Positions 1-8,963 of a stretch of DNA of 31,412 bases are shown one piece after another. Within the stretch, counting starts at the first letter, position 1; each line of letters starts with the position of its first letter. Under the pieces are notes generated by a model. It was not told where the DNA came from. It saw only the letters and a program-made list of their open reading frames with translations, and did not search any database. Source of the DNA: Candidatus Limnocylindrales bacterium (GTDB taxonomy: Bacteria > Moduliflexota > Moduliflexia > Moduliflexales > JAUQPW01); contig DATMBG010000022.1 of the NCBI GenBank assembly GCA_035559535.1, positions 318,568 to 349,979 of the forward strand, read 5' to 3'. The translations under genes were made by a program, and so were the position numbers.

Positions 1-110
1 TGACCTTCGACGACTACAAGGGCTCCTACGGGTACTTCACCTTCTTTGAAGGCCAGCCCGGCCTCTTGAAGGGCCAGGCGCATAAACTCTTCATGCCGAT
101 GATTTTCCAT
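1..110 (-). CDS. tadA: tRNA adenosine(34) deaminase, N-terminal part (runs off left edge)
   Basis: Not in the ORF track. Minus frame from ATG at 110 reads MENHRHEEFMRLALQEAGLAFKEGEVPVGALVVVEG, matching the TadA N-terminus (FMxxAL..A...GEVPVGA). AGGAG lies upstream and tRNA-Arg(ACG) is adjacent. Confidence 0.85.
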   Translation of the reverse strand, partial: MENHRHEEFMRLALQEAGLAFKEGEVPVGALVVVEG

Positions 111-206
111 AAAATCTACTTTTACTCCTACAGCACCTTATCTTTAAGAGTCGGCAGGACCTTCTGGAGCGTATCGAAGAAGGTAATACCCAGAGTAGAA
201 AAGAAA

Positions 207-280
207 TGCGCCCAGGAGGAGTCGAACCCCCAGCCTACAGATCCGTAGTCTGTTGCTCTATCCAATTGAGCTATGGGCGC
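207..280 (-). tRNA. tRNA-Arg(ACG)
   Basis: Reverse complement GCGCCCATAGCTCAATTGGATAGAGCAACAGACT-ACG-GATCTGTAGGCTGGGGGTTCGACTCCTCCTGGGCGCA forms a cloverleaf; CCA is not encoded. Confidence 0.97.
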
Positions 281-297
281 ACGACACAAACAAATTC

Positions 298-389
<92 letters not shown>

Positions 390-425
390 CAGCCCCTCCC
401 TCTCCCTCCCCGTATACGGGGAGGG
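390..425. repeat. G/C-rich palindromic REP-like element, copy 1
   Basis: CAGCCCCTCCCTCT followed by the perfect 22-bp palindrome CCCTCCCCGTATACGGGGAGGG (404-425); a related copy is at 29631-29666. Confidence 0.75.
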
Positions 426-499
426 CTGGGGTGGGACGCTGTTAAACTAACAATATATATTTTAATTGAAAACCCGATTTATTTCAACCTTTGTTTTAA

Positions 500-527
500 G
501 TACGGGCGCAAGGCATTGCGCCCCTAC
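500..527. repeat. GTAG-class REP-like palindrome
   Basis: GTACGGGCGCAA-GGCA-TTGCGCCCCTAC, a 12-bp stem with one mismatch; a similar element is at 15174-15201. Confidence 0.7.
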
Positions 528-568
528 CGGGTTCTGATCTCACAGCAATAAATTCTAAAATTTATAGG

Positions 569-655
569 CGGAGAGGGAGGGATTCGAACCCCCGGACCTC
601 GTAAAAGGTCTGCGGTTTTCAAGACCGCCCCGTTCGGCCACTCCGGCACCTCTCC
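569..655 (-). tRNA. tRNA-Ser(TGA)
   Basis: Reverse complement GGAGAGGTGCCGGAGTGGCCGAACGGGGCGGTCT-TGA-AAACCGC, long variable arm, GGTTCGAATCCCTCCCTCTCCG, followed by CCT rather than CCA. Only 3 nt separate it from the serS stop. Confidence 0.97.
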
Positions 656-658
656 GAT

Positions 659-1981
<1,323 letters not shown>

Positions 1982-2042
1982 CTAATCTAGGATAGATATC
2001 CCTTCTATCAATTATAGGGCTGAAAACAAAGTTCAACGTAAT

Positions 2043-2071
2043 AATTTAACAGCAAGGTCTCTTGAAGTCAA
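2043..2071 (-). promoter_or_regulatory. Putative sigma70 promoter for the serS-tRNA cluster
   Basis: Minus strand: TTGACT, 17 nt, TAAATT with an extended TGn, about 70 nt upstream of the serS ATG. Confidence 0.55.
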
Positions 2072-2216
2072 CGGTTTTTTATGAAGTCCCAGGCCTTTGT
2101 TGAGACTGGAAATTCGTTTCAGGTGGGGGGGGTTATAAAGATAAATTTTCATACTCTATGACGATCCAGAGGGAGGCAGGAAGGTTTTGAGTTAAAATTG
2201 ATCCTTCAGGCAGCGA

Positions 2217-2255
2217 AGCCCTTCCATAAACTCAGGACGGGTTTATGGAAGGGCT
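2217..2255. repeat. Perfect 15-bp inverted repeat downstream of clpG (terminator-like or REP-like hairpin)
   Basis: AGCCCTTCCATAAAC-tcaggacgg-GTTTATGGAAGGGCT, with no clear U-tract. Confidence 0.6.
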
Positions 2256-2348
2256 CCGGCCAGGCTCCGATGAGGGGTTGCTTTTCATGACAGCCTGGGA
2301 ACCTCCCATCAACCGGGTCAGGAGGGGGAGGTACAGGAACAGATCCTT

Positions 2349-5078
2349 CTAGGTTTTGCTTGCAGATACCGGCTCCTGGGTTACCGGCTCCTGGACTTTG
2401 TCAAAGAGTATAGTTTGGGAAGCCCGGTCATAGCGAAGCTTAACCGTTTCCCCTTCTTTAATATCTCCCTTAAGCATGGCCGCAGCCAATTTTGTCTCCA
2501 CTTCACTGCGAATGCGTCGTTTCAGTTCTCGAGCTCCGAACTCGGGTTGATAACCCACCTCGGCCAGATACTCAACCAGGGAATCCTCCAGGATCAGATT
2601 AATATTTTGGGCATGGGCCGTCCTTTTGACCCGTTCCAACTGTAATCTGACAATCTCCTTAATCTGTTCTTTACTCAGGGCGTGGAAAACAATGATTTCA
2701 TCTATACGATTGAGAAACTCGGGTCGAAAATGCTGCCTCAAGATCCCCATTAACTCATTCTTGAGTTGCTCGTAACTTAGCTTGTCCTGGTCCCGAGCAT
2801 GGAGATTTCGCTGAATAATATCAGAACCCAGATTGCTGGTAGCGATGATAATGGTATTGGTAAAATCCACTACCCGGCCTTTTCCATCGGTCAATCGACC
2901 TTCATCGAAAACCTGCAAAAGGATGTTATGGACATCGGGATGGGCTTTTTCAATTTCATCCAGTAAAATTACGCTGTAAGGACGGCGTCGCACCCGTTCG
3001 GTAAGCTGTCCACCTTCTTCGTACCCTACATAGCCCGGCGGAGCCCCTATCAAGCGGGAAACCGTATGACGCTCCATGTATTCGCTCATGTCAATGCGGA
3101 TGACGGCGTCTTCATCTCCGAAGACGACCCAGGCCAGTGACTTTGCCAGCTCGGTTTTACCAACCCCGGTGGGACCCAGAAACAGAAAGGTTGCAATGGG
3201 ATGACCGGCTTCTTTCAAACCCGCTCGGGCCAGACGAATGGCATCACTGACGGCTTTAATGGCTTCTTCCTGACCGACCACCCGTTCATGCAACTTCTCT
3301 TCCAGTTTAAGCAATCGTTCCCGTTCTTCCAAGGTAAGTTCGGTGACCGGAATACCGGTAAGTTTTGAGACAATCTCGGCAATATGTTCGGCCCTCACTT
3401 CGGCAGATTTAGAGGCTGTATCCTTCTTCCACTTTTCCGTTGCTTCGGCCATTTGCTGCTCTTTGGTTTTTATTTCAGATTCGATTTTTTTCGCCTTATC
3501 GAACTCCTTGCGGGATACGGCATAGTCTCGCTCTCGTTTGAGTTGTTTGATGGAATTCTCTAACTCTTGAATTTCTCTAGGGCGTGAGGTAGCGGAAATA
3601 CGGACCCGTGCAGCGGCCTGATCGATAAGATCAATGGCTTTATCCGGCAAGTAGCGGTTCGTAATGTACCGGTCTGAGAGTTCTGCCGCTGCTACAATGG
3701 CCTCATCGGTAATTCTGACCTTATGATGGGCTTCGTAACGATCCCGTAGACCATATAAAATGTTAATAGTTTGTTCTACGGTGGGTTCTGCAATGAATAC
3801 AGGTTGGAAGCGACGCTCCAGGGCCGCATCTTTTTCAATGTACTTCTGATATTCATTAAGGGTGGTTGCACCGATCAAATGGAGTTCTCCCCGGGCCAGA
3901 GCCGGTTTGAAGACATTGGCCACATCCAGGCTACCTTCTCCGGCCTGACCGGCTCCCATAATGGTGTGTAATTCATCGATAAAAATAATCAATTCGTCCT
4001 TATGGGCCACGATTTCATCTAAAACCTGTTTGACACGCTCCTCAAATTCGCCCCGGTATTTCGACCCGGCCACCATGGCGTTCACATTCAACTCAACCAA
4101 TCGCTTGTTGCGGAGAACCTCTGGAACTTCTTCGTTGACGATGCGTTGGGCCAGTCCTTCCACAATGGCAGTCTTGCCAACTCCCGGTTCCCCGATGAGC
4201 ACCGGATTGTTCTTGGTTCGTCGGGCCAGAATCTCAATGGTGGTTTCGATCTCCGTGGAACGTCCTATGACCGGATCCAGTTTCCCCTGGCGGGCTAAAG
4301 CGGTCAAATCCCGCACATATTTATCCAGATGGGGAGTAGGCGTTGGCGGCTCGACGCGTCCTTCTTCCGCTCCTTTTCCGACCACTTTCACAACCTGTTG
4401 ACGAAGGGCATTGGAGGTTAACCCGTACTTACGCAATACATCCCCTGCCAGCCCATCTTGCTCCTCTACCAGACCGATGAGCAAATGTTCCGGTCCGATG
4501 TAACTGTGGCCTAATTCACGGGAAATATCAAAAGCGCGCTCCAGGGCGCTCTTCACCCGAGGAGAAACCGTAACCTCCACCGTCTCTTTTTCGGGTTTTT
4601 GATACTCTCCCCTGGGAGCATTGGCTTCAATATAACCTCGGAGATCCTCAGGAGAGATTTTGAACTGGTTAAGGATGGCCCGGACGACTTCACTGTCGGT
4701 CAAAGCGTACAACAGATGTTCGGTATCCACCTCCTTTTTGCCGAACTCTACTGCCTTTTGGGCGGCCTGTTGGAGAAGCTCCTTTGTATGTTCGCTCAAG
4801 AAAGTATCGAGATCAACAGCCTCTCGATCCCTGCCGCGCCATCCTCTATCGGAAAAAATCGACTCAAAGTCCTCCAACCCTGAGTCCCTGAAAAAGTCCT
4901 CGAAAAGACTCCCTCGAAAAAGGGATTCCAGGGGTGATAAGGGTCTGCGATCTTGACGGCGAAGTCTCGCATAATCCATATCACAGATATCGAGGGTTCT
5001 TCGTCTTCCATCCTGAGTAACCGTGACGCGTACCGTCGCCGGTCTGATTCCACACATTTCACAAAGTTTGGCAGCCAT
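2349..5078 (-). CDS. clpG: ClpG/ClpK-type stand-alone AAA+ disaggregase (Clp/Hsp100, two AAA domains)
   Basis: Start moved to ATG 5078 (SD AGAAGGAG). N1 domain LCEMCGIRPA..LDICDMDY..SPLESLF; Clp_N repeats (VDTEHLL, GHSYIGPEHLL); VVKVVGKGAEEGR linker as in Pseudomonas ClpG; Walker A motifs GEPGVGKT and GPTGVGKT. Confidence 0.85.
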   Translation of the reverse strand: MAAKLCEMCGIRPATVRVTVTQDGRRRTLDICDMDYARLRRQDRRPLSPLESLFRGSLFEDFFRDSGLEDFESIFSDRGWRGRDREAVDLDTFLSEHTKELLQQAAQKAVEFGKKEVDTEHLLYALTDSEVVRAILNQFKISPEDLRGYIEANAPRGEYQKPEKETVEVTVSPRVKSALERAFDISRELGHSYIGPEHLLIGLVEEQDGLAGDVLRKYGLTSNALRQQVVKVVGKGAEEGRVEPPTPTPHLDKYVRDLTALARQGKLDPVIGRSTEIETTIEILARRTKNNPVLIGEPGVGKTAIVEGLAQRIVNEEVPEVLRNKRLVELNVNAMVAGSKYRGEFEERVKQVLDEIVAHKDELIIFIDELHTIMGAGQAGEGSLDVANVFKPALARGELHLIGATTLNEYQKYIEKDAALERRFQPVFIAEPTVEQTINILYGLRDRYEAHHKVRITDEAIVAAAELSDRYITNRYLPDKAIDLIDQAAARVRISATSRPREIQELENSIKQLKRERDYAVSRKEFDKAKKIESEIKTKEQQMAEATEKWKKDTASKSAEVRAEHIAEIVSKLTGIPVTELTLEERERLLKLEEKLHERVVGQEEAIKAVSDAIRLARAGLKEAGHPIATFLFLGPTGVGKTELAKSLAWVVFGDEDAVIRIDMSEYMERHTVSRLIGAPPGYVGYEEGGQLTERVRRRPYSVILLDEIEKAHPDVHNILLQVFDEGRLTDGKGRVVDFTNTIIIATSNLGSDIIQRNLHARDQDKLSYEQLKNELMGILRQHFRPEFLNRIDEIIVFHALSKEQIKEIVRLQLERVKRTAHAQNINLILEDSLVEYLAEVGYQPEFGARELKRRIRSEVETKLAAAMLKGDIKEGETVKLRYDRASQTILFDKVQEPVTQEPVSASKT

Positions 5079-5438
5079 GTCTTTATCTCCTTCTGTGTTA
5101 AAAAGAATCAACCCTCCCTGAGAGGGTGATCAAATTTACCGTATCCGGATAGATCCAGGATTCAGGCAGGCTCATATCCCTCAAAATCCATGTCTAAGTT
5201 GGCCCAGATTGATTTTCGGTGAGAAAATTAAAAACGATTCTGTTAGAGACACCTTTAAGGAGGGTTGCAGAAACGCCCATATCTTGCAAGGGATTCTACA
5301 GGAAGTTCAGATACCTGCACCCTTAGATTGTAGGGGAGATCCGTAAGAAGATCGGTAAAAGAACCCCTCGCCTGGGTAAGCAATTCTCCCTTTGAACCCT
5401 ATCAAGATCTATCCTGGATAAACAGGTTATATGTAGGG

Positions 5439-5466
5439 TTTATATCTCATTATTCAAAAATGTCAA
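5439..5466 (-). promoter_or_regulatory. Putative sigma70 promoter upstream of clpG
   Basis: Minus strand: TTGACA, 16 nt, TATAAA, with an AT-rich region upstream. Confidence 0.5.
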
Positions 5467-5720
5467 TAAAAATTTCCAAAAATACCCATATAAATTCTGA
5501 AAATCATAAGAAAATGAATTTTTACAAAATTTCTGAAACCTTTCTTCTTCCCATACATTGCTTCAAGCAGAAGTTAACAGCCCATTATAGCCCTCACCGA
5601 CTCGGCTTAATTTTATAGGTTTCTCTTTTTAGAGGTCTGAAAGGTTCAGAAAGCCTCTCTTTGGCCTTATCAAACCTTAAAGGGTCCCAAAGGGGACTGG
5701 ATTATGAGGTATAAAACCAT

Positions 5721-6572
5721 TTATTTTCTTCTTCGGCTACCGAACACAGGTTGCTCTGGCTCACGGGAGCGTGGTGTCGGAATATACTCCACCGAGGGAC
5801 GCCGTTGGGCCGTTTGGGGATAGAGTGCCATAATCTGATAGACCTGTTTGGGCATATTGGTACTGACCGGTAGACCGAGCTCTTGGGCTTCACGAACCGT
5901 GATGGGATAATCATGGGTGAAAACCCCGGTCGCCAGCGTCGTGGCCACCCGTTCTGCCTGCTGTTCACCCATTTTCTCCCTCAGTAATTCCATTACCATT
6001 GCTTTTACCTGCCGAATAGCCTTCTCGGCAATATCGGCCATGATTAACGTATTATCTTCTATCTCTTCGATGGGTTTTCGCTCCAGCACTTTCAGGATGG
6101 AAGCAGCAGGTTGCTGGCCGAGTTGGGGATCAACGGGTCCCAGAACGGCATTATTATCCATGACAATCTCGTCGGCAGCCAAAGCAATGAGGGTACCCCC
6201 TGACATGGCATAATGGGGTACAAACGCGGTCACCTTGGCCGGGTGCTGCTGTAAAGCATAGGCTATTTGTTCTGCCGCCAGGACTAACCCTCCAGGCGTA
6301 TGGATGATCAGATCAATGGGCACATCGGGATCGGTCAGTTTAATAGCACGCAGGATGGCTTCGGAGTCATCAATATCGATATATCGTACGAGGGGAAATC
6401 CCAGGAAACTCATGGTTTCCTGCCGATGAATCAGGGCAATTACCCGGCTGTTTCTTTCACGTTCCAGGCGCTCCAGCATCCGTAACCTCTCCATCTCCAG
6501 CATCTTCTGGCGAATGACCGGTTGCAGGGATGAAATAATAAAGAAAATCCACAGCAGAGAAAAAAAGTCCAT
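5721..6572 (-). CDS. SDH-family (ClpP/crotonase fold) serine protease with N-terminal membrane anchor
   Basis: Hydrophobic N-terminus; motifs LIIHTPGG, AMSGGTLIAL, LGPVDPQ and THDYPI; SD AGGAGG. Confidence 0.9.
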   Translation of the reverse strand: MDFFSLLWIFFIISSLQPVIRQKMLEMERLRMLERLERERNSRVIALIHRQETMSFLGFPLVRYIDIDDSEAILRAIKLTDPDVPIDLIIHTPGGLVLAAEQIAYALQQHPAKVTAFVPHYAMSGGTLIALAADEIVMDNNAVLGPVDPQLGQQPAASILKVLERKPIEEIEDNTLIMADIAEKAIRQVKAMVMELLREKMGEQQAERVATTLATGVFTHDYPITVREAQELGLPVSTNMPKQVYQIMALYPQTAQRRPSVEYIPTPRSREPEQPVFGSRRRK

Positions 6573-6599
6573 AAAACATCCCCTCCTTTTGGATTTACT

Positions 6600-7295
6600 C
6601 TACCAGGGAAAATATTCGTCGGCATAGACACGACGAATGTAACGATGGGATACAAACGGGCGTACCAACACGAGTCCGGTCAGGAAACCTCCGACATGGG
6701 CCCACCAGGCAACGCCACCAAACGCCTGCACTCCAGCTACAATGGTTAAAATACCATTGAGTAACTGGGACACAAACCAGAACCCGAGATAAAATACCGC
6801 CGGGATTTCGACAAACCAGGGTAAAAAGAACAACGGCACCAGGGTAATCACACGGGCAGTTGGAAAGAGTATCAGATAAGCCGCCAGTACCCCGCTGATT
6901 GCTCCACTTGCTCCCACGGTGGGGATAAGGGAGTTTGGGTTGAATGCAATATGAACAAAGGCCGCCGCGAGACCACAGAGCAGATAAAACAGGAGGTAGC
7001 GACCACTTCCCATCCGATCTTCCACATTGTCTCCAAAAATATAAAGGGCCATCATGTTGCTAATCAGATGGGCCCATCCACCATGAAGAAACATAGAAGT
7101 TAATAAGGTGAAGAATTCAAACGGACTGGGATAAGCTAATAAACGCGCAGGAACCAGGCTAAAAATGGTGACATAAACTTCGGCGAGAGGCCCTAAAGAC
7201 AGCAGAACGAAGAAAATAAAAACATTAATCGCAATAAGCGTCCAGTTCACTACAGGAAAAGACCTGGACTGGACTGTATCTTGCAACGGGAACAT
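6600..7295 (-). CDS. Rhomboid-family intramembrane serine protease
   Basis: MFPLQD N-terminus, TSMFLHGGWAHLISNM, catalytic GASG and AWWAHVGG, multiple TM segments. Confidence 0.95.
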   Translation of the reverse strand: MFPLQDTVQSRSFPVVNWTLIAINVFIFFVLLSLGPLAEVYVTIFSLVPARLLAYPSPFEFFTLLTSMFLHGGWAHLISNMMALYIFGDNVEDRMGSGRYLLFYLLCGLAAAFVHIAFNPNSLIPTVGASGAISGVLAAYLILFPTARVITLVPLFFLPWFVEIPAVFYLGFWFVSQLLNGILTIVAGVQAFGGVAWWAHVGGFLTGLVLVRPFVSHRYIRRVYADEYFPW

Positions 7296-7542
7296 AACCC
7301 CTTCACTTTTTAGAGTTCTGGCAAAGGCTATCCTCTCTTATCCCGGCAGAACTCCCTGCTGGTGGATACACCTTTGCCTTCCATGGGATAATTATACGAT
7401 CCTCCGATGGGATCAGATTTGAACCCTGCTTCTCCATGTGGAAATATCACGAGCTTACCTTATCGAAGGGGGATTAGATAGTCAAGCGAAAACTGTTGGA
7501 CCAGACAGGAAAGTCGAAGTTATGAGGAGAGCTGCTTAATTT

Positions 7543-8190
7543 ATGACCGGGCCTATTGCCGTGGAGGAAGCTGAACCGGGAGATACGTTGGAGGTTCGGA
7601 TCTTGGGCATGACCCCAAGACTTCCCTATAGTACCAATATTGCGGCCCATTGGGGCTACCTCTACAAAGACTTTAACACGGAGCGTATTACCATTTATAA
7701 ATTCGATGTAGGGACCCGACTCGCTCGAGCCGAGTTTGCTTTTACCTACAAAACGACCCCCAAGTACGACCGACCCGGTCCTATTACCCCTCCAAATCCG
7801 GAAGCTCGACAAAAGGTTCTTCAAGGGGTGGTAGTGCTTTTACGTCCTCACTTCGGCGTTATGGGGGTAGCTCCCAAAGAAAGTGGAAAGATCAATAGTA
7901 TTCCTCCAGGAGATTTCGGGGGAAATATCGACAATTGGAAAATCGGAGCTGGCGCTACCATGTATTATCCGGTCTTTAACAAGGGGGCTAATTTTTATAT
8001 GGGAGATCCCCATATGGCTGAAGGAGATGGTGAACTGAGCGGTACGGCCATCGAAGCCTCGGCCAATGGATGGGTACAGATCTTTGTACGAAAAGATTTT
8101 CCCATCACCAATCCGATTTTGGAGACTGAGACCCATTGGATCACCCAAAGACCCTATCGGCCAACAGGGGATACCCATTCTGATGGATAG
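7543..8190 (+). pseudogene. Acetamidase/formamidase family internal fragment
   Basis: TGPIAVEEAEPGDTLEV, GGNID and GDPHMAEGDGELSGTAIE motifs. An in-frame TAA at 7537-7539 lies just before the ATG, the N-terminal region is missing, and similarity appears to stop after THWIT. Confidence 0.7.
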
Positions 8191-8292
8191 ATCGCATTCT
8201 ATGGCAGGTAAAGGCCTGGGACCTGGGGTTTTACCTATTTAAAGCTGTGGTCCCGGCTCCTATAAAAAAAGAAAAGTTTTTTCCTTTTTAGC

Positions 8293-8360
8293 TTGACAAA
8301 CCTCCCAATTGTGGATATATATTGATATACCAAAACATAGATATACTATATATAGTATAT
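8293..8360 (+). promoter_or_regulatory. nrdR-nrdJ promoter with two NrdR boxes
   Basis: TTGACA at 8293-8298 with TATATA 17 nt later. Box ATACTATATATAGTAT at 8343-8358 lies within a perfect 20-bp palindrome; a weaker box TGGATATATATTGATA at 8312-8327 is 31 bp upstream. Confidence 0.8.
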
Positions 8361-8388
8361 TTTTTGCCTTTATTCTTTATCCAAAGTT

Positions 8389-8919
8389 ATGAAATGTCCT
8401 GTTTGTGAAAAAGATGAAGATAAGGTGATTGACTCACGTTCGGCCAGGGGGGGGAGTGTCATTCGGCGACGAAGGGAATGCCTGAGTTGTGGTCATCGTT
8501 TTACCACGTATGAGACCATTGAACAGGCCCCTATTTATGTGATCAAAAAAGATGGACGTCGAGAACCCTTTAATAGAGAAAAACTGTTAAGTGGAATTTT
8601 GATGGCCTGTAAGAAGCGTCCGATTCCCATGGAAACTTTAGAAACCATTGTCCAGGAGATTGAGACCAAAATTCATAATAACTTTCCTATCGAAGTACCC
8701 AGTCGCGTTATCGGAGAAATGGTTATGGACAGGCTACAAGAGCTGGATGAAGTCGCCTATGTCCGATTTGCTTCTGTCTACCGACAGTTCAAGAATGCCC
8801 AGGAATTCATGGAGGAATCCGAAGCGGTACAAAAACGGCGAATACAAAAGGAAATGGATAAGTCCCAGTTATGGATATTTAATCAGAAGCCAGAAATCGG
8901 AAGTCAGAAGTCTTTTTGA
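8389..8919 (+). CDS. nrdR: Transcriptional repressor NrdR
   Basis: [29 protein letters not shown] zinc ribbon, ATP-cone ([11 protein letters not shown]) and [13 protein letters not shown]. Confidence 0.98.
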   Translation: MKCPVCEKDEDKVIDSRSARGGSVIRRRRECLSCGHRFTTYETIEQAPIYVIKKDGRREPFNREKLLSGILMACKKRPIPMETLETIVQEIETKIHNNFPIEVPSRVIGEMVMDRLQELDEVAYVRFASVYRQFKNAQEFMEESEAVQKRRIQKEMDKSQLWIFNQKPEIGSQKSF

Positions 8920-8940
8920 ATTCTGACTCCTGAGGTCTGA
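8881..8940. repeat. Heptamer tandem/inverted repeat overlapping the nrdR 3' end
   Basis: AATCAGA-AGCCAGA-AATCGGA-AGTCAGA followed by the inverted arm TCTGACT-CCTGAGG-TCTGA. Confidence 0.75.
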
Positions 8941-8963
8941 TGCTTGGGAGAAGAGGGGGTATC

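Noticed and set aside
569-655. TGA-anticodon tRNA as a selenocysteine or suppressor tRNA
   Set aside because: Anticodon TGA reads the UCA serine codon, whereas tRNA-Sec has anticodon TCA; the acceptor stem is a standard 7-bp serine type.
2368-2397. 15-nt direct repeat at the clpG 3' end (QEPVT-QEPV)
   Set aside because: A small in-frame duplication in a disordered tail, with no sign of an att site or target-site duplication.
8191-8963. Cobalamin riboswitch ahead of the B12-dependent nrdJ
   Set aside because: No B12-box or conserved core was recognised; the upstream region is short and explained by the promoter and NrdR boxes.
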